Part shown: one piece after another, positions 1 to 11,499 of the stretch
Layout of the letters: every line of letters starts with the position of its first letter
Numbering within the stretch: position 1 is the stretch's first letter
Assembly: GCA_964016885.1 (NCBI GenBank)
Contig: OZ024763.1
Span: forward strand, 21,390,001 to 21,454,000
Reading direction: 5' to 3'
Origin: Eledone cirrhosa
Taxonomy: Eukaryota
Length of the DNA stretch: 64,000 nucleotides
Made by a program: the position numbers and the translations under genes
The notes under the pieces: generated by a model
Told to the model about the DNA's origin: nothing
What the model saw: only the letters and a program-made list of their open reading frames with translations
Database searches by the model: none

Positions 1-285
1 GTGTGTGTGTGTGTATACATAAGTGGTTTAAATATATACTTATATATATAAACATACATACATATATATGTGCATATATCTTATATATTTCTATATATCT
101 TATATATATATATATATATATACATACACGTAAGTGGTTTAAATATATATATATATATATATACACACACACCCTAAGTGGTTTAAATATATATATATAT
201 ATATAAATATACATACATATATATGTATGTATATTTTATATATTTCTATATATTTTATATATATATGCATATGTATATATATATA

Positions 286-930
286 TATCATAAAACATGT
301 CTATAGAATTATCAGATAAAATATATACCATTTCCTCTCCCTATTAGCATAATGAACTATATAAAAAATCGAATAGACCAGGCTATAAGAATAAGGCTTC
401 TATGAAGAAATCTCCAACAAATAACCAAAACTAGCCCTTCGCGTCGGCTGCGACGGAATATTTATCGAATATTTTGACAGTGTAATCGCCCAGATACAGT
501 CAATTAAACAGAATTAGGTGTAAAATAAACTAGGAGAAATTAGAATACATTTATTTACCTCTACCATGGTTTCGTCCGCATTTTGGCCTGATCACTTTGG
601 AAAAGTTAATGTCTAGATAGAGCAAACTCCTGAAGAGTCCGATGCTCGAGTTCCAAATTTATTGGAAATCTCAAAATGCAGACGAAACCATGGTAGAGGT
701 AAATAAATGTATTCTATTTTCTCCTAGTTTATTTTACACCTAATTCTGTTTAATTGACTGTATCTGGGCGATTACGCTGTCGAAGGGCTAGTTTCGGTTA
801 TTTGTTTTCTTCATAGAAGCCTTATTCTTATAGCCTGGTCTATTCGATTTTTTATATAGTTAATTATGCTAATAGGGAGAGGAAATGGTATATATTTTAT
901 CTGGTGATTCTATAGACATGTTTTATGATA
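286..930. mobile_element. Foldback palindrome (arms ~286-585 / 672-930), Penelope-like pLTR derivative carrying a hammerhead
   Basis: Arms are reverse complements (tatcataaaacatgtctatagaat... / ...attctatagacatgttttatgata) with a few substitutions and two indels; TA-rich flanks; hammerhead at the centre followed by AATAAA (702-707). Confidence 0.8.
627..698 (+). ncRNA. Minimal type I hammerhead ribozyme (Penelope-type)
   Basis: Stem I ctc/gag; core CTGAAGA 630-636; extended stem II GTCCG...CAGAC (the left-arm copy gives the perfect CGGAC); GAAA 684-687; stem III C-[CATG]-G; cleavage triplet GTA 693-695. Confidence 0.75.
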
Positions 931-1000
931 TATAGCTCTGATTATTTAATTTATTAACTTTTCATTGAGCCACAAAGTGACCCGTTGCAAAACACGTGTA

Positions 1001-1037
<37 letters not shown>

Positions 1038-1064
1038 GTGTGTGTGTATATATATATATATATA

Positions 1065-1095
<31 letters not shown>

Positions 1096-1116
1096 GATAT
1101 TTATAGATATATATAT

Positions 1117-1248
<132 letters not shown>

Positions 1249-1259
1249 GATATTTATAG

Positions 1260-1293
<34 letters not shown>

Positions 1294-1309
1294 TTATAGA
1301 TATATAGAT

Positions 1310-1730
1310 ATATTGTTATACTTTGGGAGGGTCATGTTGCCAATAAGAAACACACGCACCAGTTGCTTTCACTTCAATTTATTATAATAAATTTATAAAT
1401 TTAGGAATTTATAAATTTCCGGTTGGTTGGTTGGTTCCACAACCAGCTGATTGTTTATATATTGTCAAAGTTCTTTCGTCACACATTCTGTGACCTCTTC
1501 AGTGACTGGGGATTTTGACAATATATAAACAATCATCTGGTTGTGGAACCAACCAACCAACCAGAAATTTATAAATTCCTAAATTTATAAATTTATTATA
1601 ATAAATTGAAGTGAAAGCAACTGGTGCATGTGTTTCTTATTGGCAACATGACCCTCCCAAAGTATAACAATATCGGTTTCAACACACGTTTTCAGATAAA
1701 GAATCTTGCTAAACAAATTCAGAAACGAAA
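1310..1730. mobile_element. Foldback palindrome (arms 1310-1469 / 1514-1673, one-sided extension to ~1730), Penelope-like derivative
   Basis: Near-perfect ~160-bp inverted arms between (TA)n tracts; hammerhead-like motif in the spacer; same family recurs at 59715-59847 and 50527-50595. Confidence 0.8.
1464..1506 (-). ncRNA. Minimal hammerhead-like ribozyme
   Basis: Minus strand reads gtca CTGAAGA g GTCACA gaatg TGTGAC GAAA gaac TT tgac (stem I gtca/tgac, 6-bp stem II, one extra nt after the core). Confidence 0.6.
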
Positions 1731-1844
1731 TATATATATATACATATATGGAAAAGAATGAAACAAAATTTCATTTCTCACTCTTAGTACGGCTGATACC
1801 TAAATATATATATACATACTTATATATATACATATATATATATG

Positions 1845-1944
<100 letters not shown>

Positions 1945-2094
1945 CATCCACACACACACATTATTGCGGTTGATTCTTCTTCTATATTTATTTGTCATTT
2001 CCTTGTTCTCACTTTCTATCATTCTCTCTTCTTCTTTGGAAGAAATGAACTGTTTCCAAACATGGAGAGGGAATGGGCCCCACCTCAGCCAGGT

Positions 2095-2804
2095 TTAACT
2101 CTTTAGCATTTAAACTAGCCGTACTTGGCCAGAATCTTCTCACCTCGTTCTGTTCAAACCAGCCCTAACAGGCTACTCATAATTTTGTCAAGGCATTGTT
2201 CTCAAAATAAATAACATCAAAATCTCATAGATTCAATATTACGTGAGATAATTATGTGAGTTAAAGCCTTTACCGTGAAAATACAATAGTATATATAGAG
2301 TAATGTAAATGTTATGTGAGATAAAGCCTTTACTGTGAAAATACAATAGTATGTATAGAGTAATGTAAATGTTATGTTAGGTAAAGTCTTTACTGTGAAA
2401 ATACAATAGTATGTATAGAGTAATGTAAATGTTATGTGAGATATTATGTGAGGTAAAGCCTTTACTGTGAAAATACAATAGTATATATAGAGTAATATAA
2501 ATGTTATGTGAGATATTATGTGAGGTAAAGCCTTTACTGTGAAAATACAATAGTATATATAGAGTAATATAAATGTTATGTGAGATATTATGTGAGGTAA
2601 AGCCTTTACTGTGAAAATACAATAGTATATATAGAGTAATATAAATGTTATGTGAGATATTATGTGAGGTAAAGCCTTTACTGTGAAAATACAATAGTAT
2701 ATATAGAGTAATATAAATGTTATGTGAGATATTATGTGAGGTAAAGCTTTTACTGTGAAAATACAATAGTATATATAGAGTAATGGGTTAAAATAAAGGG
2801 TTAA
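2095..2804. mobile_element. piggyBac-like MITE with internal 72-bp minisatellite expansion
   Basis: Starts ttaactctttagcatt, ends aaagggttaa; unexpanded ~220-bp relatives at 62142-62365 and 33231-33449; unit gtgagatattatgtgaggtaaagcctttactgtgaaaatac... repeated ~7-8 times at 2243-2785. Confidence 0.65.
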
Positions 2805-3049
2805 AATGCCCAAAATATGCTGTACCCATATGACTCATCAGGACCCATATGACTCCAACAGGAGTTCCAGTGTCAATACATACATGTATGTATGTATGTA
2901 TGTGTGTATGTATGTTTACAGTAACAGCAACAACAAGATAGATACATCACAGTTTCAGTGAGATAGTGGGAGTCTGCCAAGTGGCTGTGCAGGCCTAGCA
3001 GGGCTAGCAGTAATGTCTCTGAAATATACACCTAAGAAGAAGAAGATCT

Positions 3050-3440
3050 TTATCATCATCACCACCACTACTACCACTATCATCACCACCATCATCATCA
3101 CTCTCACCACCACCATCATCATCATCACCACCACCATCATCATCATCATCATCACTATCATCACTACCGCCTCCACCATGACTACCACCACCACCACCAC
3201 CACCACCACCACCACCACCACCATCATCATCATCACCACCACCACCTCCATCATCATCACCACTACCACCGCTACCATCACTATCATCATCACCATCACT
3301 ACCATCCTCACCATCATCATCACTACCGTCATCACCATCACCACCACCATCATCATCTCTATCATCATCATCATCATCATCATCATCACCACCACCACCA
3401 CCATCGCTATCATCATCACTATCACCATCATCATGATGAT
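3050..3440. repeat. (CAT/CAC)n trinucleotide microsatellite
   Basis: Directly visible compound cat/cac repeat. Confidence 0.9.
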
Positions 3441-3664
3441 GTTCCCTCAATCGTTGGTTGTTCCAGTCTAGACGAAATAGAATGAGAAAAAAGTGAGAGA
3501 GAAGCAGAGCATCACCCAAACCTATTTACCATTTAATATCGTTCAGCAAACAATGTCCAGCAATCTGGAATTGGTGTTAATTTATTAGCGGGGACTGTTC
3601 ATAATAGTGAGGGTTGGGGAGAGTGGGAGAGAACGCACTAATAATGAACATTATTGTGTACAGT

Positions 3665-3845
3665 AATTGGCAGTATCGGTAGAGGGTCGGACGCCATGCT
3701 TTGACGTTTAGAGTTACGGCCCTTGCCATTCTGAGTTCAAATCCCGCCGAGGTTAACTTTGCCTTTCATCCTTACGGGGTCGATAAAATAAAGTACCACT
3801 AATGCACTGGGTAATTGCTGGCCTTGTGCCAAAAGTAGAAACAAT
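3665..3845 (+). mobile_element. tRNA-derived SINE, family A (Meta-domain-like central region)
   Basis: A-box-like tggcagtatcggtag, B-box gagttcaaatccc, central gttaactttgcctttcatccttacggggtcgataaaataaagtacc, tail ggccttgtgccaaaagtagaaac; many copies in the window. Confidence 0.8.
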
Positions 3846-3989
3846 TATTGTGTACAGTGCTCAGGTGCACTACAACTCATCAAAGGTGCATGCATAGTAC
3901 ATAGAATTATGTACAAATGTCAGGAAAGTGAAGAGTGTATGAGTCATGATACACACACAGACACACACATATATATATATATATATAAT

Positions 3990-4175
3990 TGATTCTACTT
4001 TTGGCACAAGGCCTGCAATTATCCCAGTACATTACTGGTACTTTATTTTATCGACCCCGTAAGGATGAAAGGCAAAGTTAACCTCAACAGGATTTGAACT
4101 CAGACTGTAAAGGGATGTAACTATGCTAGAAAGCATGGCGTCTGACCCTCTATCGATACTGTCAATTCACCGCCC
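3990..4175 (-). mobile_element. SINE family A
   Basis: Reverse complement of the family A consensus. Confidence 0.8.
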
Positions 4176-5212
4176 TTATAATGAAAGTTATTGTGTACAG
4201 TGTTCAGGTGCACTACAACTCATCAAAGGTGCATCTATAGTACATAGAATTATGTACAAATGTCAGTAAACTGAACAGTGTATGATTCATGATACACACA
4301 CAGATACATTTGTGTGTTTATAGATGGGGAATACACACACATTCAGGCTAATAATATATTAAATTATTTCCAATGTTTGGTTTAGAAAAACAAAATGAAG
4401 AGAAAATAAACACACACACACACATACATTCACACACACACACACACCCATACATTCACACACATACATTCACACACACACATACATTCACACACACACA
4501 CGCACATACATTCACACACATACATTCACACACACACACACATACATTCACACACAAAATAAACACACACATTCACATACACATACACACAAAAATGAAC
4601 ATACACATACACACACAAAATAAACACATGCATTCACATACACACACAAAAATAAACACACATACACATCCACACAAAACAGTAAACACACACACACACA
4701 CCCATTCATTCACTTACACATACAAAAAAATAAACACACACACACATACATTCACATACACATACTCACAAAAAAATAAACACACACACATACATTCACA
4801 TACACATACTCACAAAAAATAATCACACACACACATAGATTCTCATACACATACTCACAAAAAAATAAACACACACACACACACACATACATTCACATAC
4901 TCACAAAAAATAAACACACACACACATACATACACATACTCACAAAAAATAAACACACACATACACACACATTCACATACACATACAAAAAATAAATACA
5001 CGCCCATTCATTCACATACACACACATCCACATACACACACATCCACATACACACACATCCTCATAATCATACATACAAAAAAATAAACACACACACACA
5101 TTCACATACTCACAAAAAATAAATGCACACACATTCACATACAAAAAATAAACACACACTCACACAAACAAATATACACATACATACACATACATACATA
5201 TATCTATCTATC

Positions 5213-5607
5213 TAAGGCGGGTAAAATTCCCGAGATCCATGGACGAGTTCTCTCCAGCGGTCTCTGTCCCTCATTATCGCTGCCATATCCTGCGTCTCCA
5301 ACAGACCAGTGTCTGTCCTTAGGGCATCAACATATGTTAACCTTGGTCTTCCTCTTCCAGTGTGTCCATGTAGGGGCTCCCAAAGGAGCACTGAGTGCAA
5401 TGTCAACTCTGGATGTCGGTGAGCATGTCCAGCCAACCTCAGTCTCCTCTGTGTCACTTTTGAGCTGACTGTTGGGATGCTCCCATACAGCTCTGAGTTT
5501 TTCATCCTCAGTGTATACTGATTAATGTTCAGAGCCATCCTCAGCATTCTTGTGTAGCACCCATCCACCATCTGAGTGAGTTTCCTGGTCAGTGTCCAAG
5601 TCTCATA
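5213..5607 (-). mobile_element. RTE-type LINE 3' fragment
   Basis: Translation YETWTLT...DGCYTRMLRMALN...RRLRLAGHAHRH...GRGRPRLTYVD...DRDRWR is a typical RTE C-terminus. Confidence 0.85.
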
Positions 5608-5890
5608 CATATACTTATAAAATAACCTCAAAACAATGAAAAGGAAGAAACTAAGAGAGAAAGAGAGAGAGTGGTTGTTTGTTGTTTTATTGGAAAGACT
5701 TCTTAGTGATCTATACATGATTTCCAATATACTATATATCCTGAGGTCAATGAGAGGAAGAAGAAGAAGAATGGCTAGCATCACCATAAGACAATAGAAT
5801 TAATTGTACAACTTGAAAATAGGCATTCAGCTTTTTTCCCCCTTTTTATATATATGTATATGTATGTATATATATATATGTATATAGATG

Positions 5891-5921
<31 letters not shown>

Positions 5922-5926
5922 GTATA

Positions 5927-5969
<43 letters not shown>

Positions 5970-6170
5970 GTGTGTATGTATATGTATATATATGTATGTA
6001 TATGTATGTATATGTATATATATGTATGTATATGTATATATATGTATGTATATGTATATGTATATATATGTATGTATATGTATATATATATATATGTATA
6101 TATATGTATATATATGTATGTGTATATATATATGTGTGTGTCTATATATATATGTATATGTATATATATA

Positions 6171-9100
6171 TCATCATCATCATCATCATCATCACCGTTT
6201 TACGTCCGTTCTTCCACGCTAGCATGGGTTAGACGGGTTGTCCTGTTGTGGGCAGTGTCTGGTCGGCTGACCATGCCTTGCTCATACAGGAACTGATCTG
6301 GCTTGATTTCTACAGCTGGATGCCCTTCCTAACACCAACCTCATTTACAGTGAGTGCTGGGTGCTTTTTCGTGGCGCCTACACGTCCACTTTACAGTGTG
6401 GGCTGGGTGCTTTTTTGCCGTGGCACCTCCACGACCACCTTGCGGTGGGGGGGGGGGGGGGCATATTGTTTATATGCTTCAGCATGTACCCATGGGAGGT
6501 CGGGTACCCTGTATTACTGCGTGACGCCAGAAGTCACGGTCGTGTGTCATTGACTTTGAGAGGTGTAGTTGGGTAAGGTCGGCTCTTATCACCTCATCCC
6601 AAGTCATCTTGGGTCTCCCCACTCCGCGGTTTCCATCAACTTCTAGTGCTCTGCACCTTTTTATGCAGCTGTCATCCTTCATACGCATCACATGTCCATA
6701 CCAGCGTAACCGCCTCTCCTGCACGCAGCATTTGATTCCTCTTATGCTCAGTCTCTCTCTCAATTCATTTATGCTTTGTCGTTCACGTATATTACTGTTA
6801 CACATCCATCGGAGCATGCAGGCTTCGTTTCTCTCTAATCTACGTAAGTCTTCCACCTTCAGCGCCCAGGTCTCACTACCATGCAACATCGCTGTTCGGA
6901 TACACGCATCATACAGTCTGCCTTTCATTCTGAGGGAGAAGCCTTTTGCAGCTAGCAGTGGTAGTAGTTCCCTAAACTTCTTCCATCCCGTTCTTACCCT
7001 AGTTATTGTACTTTCTGAGCACCCACCTCCGTTGCTAATTCGGTCACCTAGGTAGCAGAAGCTGTCTACTGTTTCTACAGGGCCCTCCCAGAGATTGGTG
7101 GTACTTGTTTCCTGTGGCTGTTTGCTTGCTGTTTCAGCACAGCTGCTGCATGTGAATCCTACATTCTTAATTAAGCTTCCTGAGATCCCGCTACATCTCC
7201 TGTGTACCCATTGTTTGCATTTGGGGCAAAGAATGGAGTTCCTACCTACACCTTTCCTACATACTGAGCAAGGCCATTTCCCTGAGGGGATCTGGGTTCT
7301 GTTTTCTCGTCTACTTATAAGGACCTTAGTCTTTGTCATGTTGACTTTGAGGCCCTTTCTCTCTAGTCCCTGCTTCCAGGTTTGGAATTTATTCTCTAGT
7401 TCTACCATAGATTCAGCTATGAGTGCGAGGTCATCAGCATACAGGAGTTCCCATGGGCATCCGGTCTTAAACTCCTCCGTTATTGCCTGCAGGACTATGA
7501 TGAACAGGAGAGGGCTAAGAACAGAGCCCTGGTGGACCCCAACCTGTACGCTAAATTCCTCGCTATACTCATTGCCAATCCTAACTTTGCTGACTGCTCC
7601 CCTATACATGGCTTGTACCGCTTTCACAAGCCATTCATCTACTCCTAGTTTTCTAAGAGCCCACCAGATTACTGCACGTGGAACTCTGTCAAAGGCTTTC
7701 TCAAGGTCGACAAATGCCAAGTAGAGTGGCTTACTTTTAGCTAGGTACTTTTCCTGTAATTGCCTCACAAGGAAGAGCGCATCAGTGGTGCCTTTCCCTG
7801 GAACAAACCCAAATTGCATCTCGTCTATATTCACCCGGTCCCTAATCAGCTGTGCTATAACTCTTTCTGTTACTTTCATGACCTGGTCCATCAACTTTAT
7901 ACCTCTATAGTTTCCTCTATCTAGTGCATCGCCTTTACCTTTGTAGCAGTTGACAATGATGCTACTGCACCAATCTTTTGGTATGGCCCCCTCTAGTATT
8001 ACCTGGTTAACGATACGTGTGGTTATAGTGTGACCTACAGACCCAGATGCCTTCAGCATCTCGGCAGCTATACCCGATGGACCGGTTGCCTTCCCTATCT
8101 TCATATCTCTGATTGCCTTACTTACTACGCTGCCGCTGACTTGTACTGCTGGTCCCTCTATAGGGTCTACGTGGGGTAGGGTCTCTTCTTCCCATGCATT
8201 CTCCTCATTTAGTAATCTATCATAATGACTCTTCCATGCATCTTTCTTCTCAGCACTTGTGAGGGCAAGCTCACCTTTATCATTCCGGATACACTTCTCT
8301 CCAATGACATCACAACTATCTCTGACACACTGCCTCGCAATCTTGAATACCTCCTGTTTCTGGTCCTCACGTTGTAAAACATGCTTGAATTTTCTATCCT
8401 CTGCTTCCCTCCTAGCTAAGTATACTTGTCGCCTAGCTTCCCTCTTGGTCTCTATGTAATGTACCCTGCTCCCCCCGTTCTTCCATTCTTTCCATGCCTG
8501 TCTCTTGGCCTTGACTGCTTCATCTACCTTATTGTTCCACCACCAAGTCACTCTCCTCCTGCTTGAGGTCTTACTCCAGCCACAAACCTCATCCGTCGCC
8601 TCTAGTAAGTTATTTTTTAGGAACTCCCAGTTCTCTTCTACGTTAAATGTCTCTATCTGTTCTTCTTTACTGTCGTAGGCGTTGAGTAAAATATCTTTAA
8701 ATCTGTTACTGGTTGAGGGGACTTTCAGCTTCCAGATCTTTCTTCTCCAGGTTGGCCTCTGTTTCAGGGCTCGTCTAGTTCTGACCGTGAGGTCGCTGAC
8801 AACTAAGCTATGTTGGGATGTACATTCCTCACTAGGGAAGGCTTTTGTGTTTACGACCGTCCATCTGTCACGTCCTCTGATGAGAATAAAATCTAACTGA
8901 CTAGAGTGCTCCCCTGATCTATAGGTGATCAGGTGGTTGTCGGGTTTTTTAAAGTTTGTGTTACATATCGACATGTCATTGGCGTCGCAGAATTCTAGAA
9001 GTCTGAATCCTTCCTCATTCCTTGTGCCAACTCCATGGCCTCCATGTACTCTATTGAAGCCGTCGCAGTGTTTACCTACGTGTCCGTTAAAATCTCCTGC

Positions 9101-9840
9101 AATGATTAGGAAGTCCTTGTCGTCTGTTAGAGCAGTAGTGTGTATTAGGGACTCGTAAAACCTATCCTTAAGTTCGTCTGGCAGCCCCGATTGGGGTGCG
9201 TAAGCTGATATTATTGTGGTAATTGTCTTATTCAGGACTAGTCTGAGTTTAATGATTCTTGCATTTACCCTGTACACTGAGATTACTTTATCTACCCACT
9301 TGTCAGCTAATAGTATACCTACACCACCCATCCCATCGTCATTTCCCACCCAGAAAAATTTGTAGCACTGGCTTTTTCCTACAAGGACTCTAGCAGACCC
9401 TCCTCTCCATCTAGTCTCTTGCACACAGCATACATCAACTTCCTTTCGCTCTAGCATTTCTACGATTTCTCCTGCTCTTCCTTTCATTGAGCCTACATTG
9501 ATGGTACCAACTCGGAGTTTTGGGCATTTGTCGACACTCGTAGGGGAGGGTCTCTGGGTTGGCGCTTCACGTGGGTGCTTGGTAGCTCGCAGATTCATAT
9601 TTCATCTATTGATTCAGAGTTGCTCGTGTATTCCCAGCTCATCCATCCATAACGGTGGGAAAATTGAGGGCTAGAAGGACAGTGGTGGTGGGGTAATGGC
9701 AGGGTGTGTTGGGATGCGCCAGAGGAGGAGAGAGTTAGTTAGGCAGGTAGTAGCAGCAGCAGCAGTGGAAATGGCATGCTAGGTTTGATTGGTCGAATAG
9801 ACTATGGTGGTGTGTGGGGGTGGGGGGGGGGGAAATTGTG
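6171..9840 (-). mobile_element. Full-length or near full-length RTE-type LINE (5' boundary uncertain, possibly ~11056)
   Basis: Single intact ORF plus ~300-bp 3' UTR ending aaacggt(gat)n at 6171-6195, abutting (TA)n. Confidence 0.9.
6479..9598 (-). CDS. LINE ORF: APE endonuclease + reverse transcriptase with internal PHD-like zinc finger
   Basis: 1039 aa uninterrupted. EN motifs GTINV, CVQETRW, ISAYAP, AGDFNGH, QLDFIL, SQHSLV; RT motifs NYRGIKL, QFGF, FVDLEKAFD, GVHQGSVLSPLLF, LLYADD, FCYLG; C-terminal RRLRWYGH, RGVGRP. Confidence 0.95.
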   Translation of the reverse strand: MNLRATKHPREAPTQRPSPTSVDKCPKLRVGTINVGSMKGRAGEIVEMLERKEVDVCCVQETRWRGGSARVLVGKSQCYKFFWVGNDDGMGGVGILLADKWVDKVISVYRVNARIIKLRLVLNKTITTIISAYAPQSGLPDELKDRFYESLIHTTALTDDKDFLIIAGDFNGHVGKHCDGFNRVHGGHGVGTRNEEGFRLLEFCDANDMSICNTNFKKPDNHLITYRSGEHSSQLDFILIRGRDRWTVVNTKAFPSEECTSQHSLVVSDLTVRTRRALKQRPTWRRKIWKLKVPSTSNRFKDILLNAYDSKEEQIETFNVEENWEFLKNNLLEATDEVCGWSKTSSRRRVTWWWNNKVDEAVKAKRQAWKEWKNGGSRVHYIETKREARRQVYLARREAEDRKFKHVLQREDQKQEVFKIARQCVRDSCDVIGEKCIRNDKGELALTSAEKKDAWKSHYDRLLNEENAWEEETLPHVDPIEGPAVQVSGSVVSKAIRDMKIGKATGPSGIAAEMLKASGSVGHTITTRIVNQVILEGAIPKDWCSSIIVNCYKGKGDALDRGNYRGIKLMDQVMKVTERVIAQLIRDRVNIDEMQFGFVPGKGTTDALFLVRQLQEKYLAKSKPLYLAFVDLEKAFDRVPRAVIWWALRKLGVDEWLVKAVQAMYRGAVSKVRIGNEYSEEFSVQVGVHQGSVLSPLLFIIVLQAITEEFKTGCPWELLYADDLALIAESMVELENKFQTWKQGLERKGLKVNMTKTKVLISRRENRTQIPSGKWPCSVCRKGVGRNSILCPKCKQWVHRRCSGISGSLIKNVGFTCSSCAETASKQPQETSTTNLWEGPVETVDSFCYLGDRISNGGGCSESTITRVRTGWKKFRELLPLLAAKGFSLRMKGRLYDACIRTAMLHGSETWALKVEDLRRLERNEACMLRWMCNSNIRERQSINELRERLSIRGIKCCVQERRLRWYGHVMRMKDDSCIKRCRALEVDGNRGVGRPKMTWDEVIRADLTQLHLSKSMTHDRDFWRHAVIQGTRPPMGTC

Positions 9841-9904
9841 AGGTAGGAACTGAGGGTCGCATGGTAAATATCCAAGTTAATACTACATCAGTAAAATTAA
9901 CAAT

Positions 9905-11056
9905 AATAACGTCATGAAAAAAGCTACTAAGAGAAACCCTCGAAAATTTATCGCTAATACAGCAGGGAAAATTTAACGCTAATACAGCAGGGAACATCAT
10001 AATATTAACGACATGAAAAAGCTACTAAGAGAAACCCTCGAAAATTTATCGCTAATACAGCAGGGAAAATTTAACGCTAATACAGCAGGGAACATCATAA
10101 TATTAACGACATGAAAAAGCTACTAAGAGAAACCCTCGAAAATTTATCGCTAATACAGCAGGGAAAATTTAACGCTAATACAGCAGGGAACATCATAATA
10201 TTAACGACATGAAAAAGCTACTAAGAGAAACCCTCGAAAATTTATCGCTAATACAGCAGGGAAAATTTAACGCTAATACAGCAGGGAACATCATAATATT
10301 AACGACATGAAAAAGCTACTAAGAGAAACCCTCGAAAATTTATCGCTAATACAGCAGGGAAAATTTAACGCTAATACAGCAGGGAACATCATAATATTAA
10401 CGACATGAAAAAGCTACTAAGAGAAACCCTCGAAAATTTATCGCTAATACAGCAGGGAAAATTTAACGCTAATACAGCAGGGAACATCATAATATTAACG
10501 ACAATATGTAGGCTAAAATACCTTCGTAGATTAGGTGGATGGCTGGCTGGGAAAATTTGAATCAGCTCTACTGGTACATTTTAGCAGAGAAGAATGGCAA
10601 AGTGTCTTATCTCTTCAATATTTTCAGATTGAATGAATTAGGTTAAAGACAGGGTAGTAAGCCTTAAAGAAGTGCATAGAGGGGGGGGGGGGTAGGAACT
10701 GAGAGAGATACAATAGGATTAGAATACCGCATGGTAAATATCCAAGTTAATAAGTTAATACTACATCAGTAAAATTAACAATAATAACGTCATGAAAAAA
10801 GCTACTAAGAGAAACCCTCGAAAATTTATCGCTAATACAGCAGGGAAAATTTAACGCTAATACAGCAGGGAACATCATAATATTAACGACATGAAAAAGC
10901 TACTAAGAGAAACCCTCGAAAATTTATCGCTAATACAGCAGGGAAAATTTAACGCTAATACAGCAGGGAACATCATAATATTAACGACATGAAAAAGCTA
11001 CTAAGAGAAACCCTCGAAAATTTATCGCTAATACAGCAGGGAAAATTTAACGCTAA
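9905..11056. repeat. 98-bp tandem repeat in two blocks (~6 copies 9905-10502; ~2.7 copies 10785-11056) with a duplicated lead-in
   Basis: Unit gacatgaaaaagctactaagagaaaccctcgaaaatttatcgctaatacagcaggg...; period 98 (10010 to 10108); lead-in ggtaggaactgag...catggtaaatatccaag at ~9842 and ~10691. Confidence 0.9.
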
Positions 11057-11146
11057 TATATATATATATGTGTATATATATATATGTATATATATATATG
11101 TGTATATATATATATGTATATATATATATATGTGTATATATATATA

Positions 11147-11197
<51 letters not shown>

Positions 11198-11228
11198 ATG
11201 TATATATGTATATATATATATGTATATG

Positions 11229-11278
<50 letters not shown>

Positions 11279-11499
11279 TGTATATGTATTAAAATATAGA
11301 GAAAAATACTGCAGGTAGCACATGGTAACATGTAATAAAATACGTCCCTCATCAGTGATTTGCCGAAGATCATAGATATTTCATTGCATTAAAAATCATA
11401 TATCTCACTTCGGTGCAATAATAACCAAAATAAGTTATTAGGACAATTAAAACGCGTAAAGCGAGTGAGACAGGAATATATGTATATGTATATATATAT

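Noticed and set aside
3665-3750. tRNA gene calls at SINE heads
   Set aside because: A/B boxes are present but there is no cloverleaf, and they continue into the SINE body.
2955-5790. Minus-strand acceptor-like sites (~3032, ~3468, ~5741) with short open frames
   Set aside because: Peptides are unrecognisable and such signals are frequent by chance; needs RNA-seq.
6609-9158. Antisense ORFs over the LINEs (also 22635-24484 and 42423-44833)
   Set aside because: Shadow frames of the RT ORFs.
11300-11362. CTGATGAG on the minus strand
   Set aside because: No GAAA half before the (TA)n tract; at most a truncated relic.
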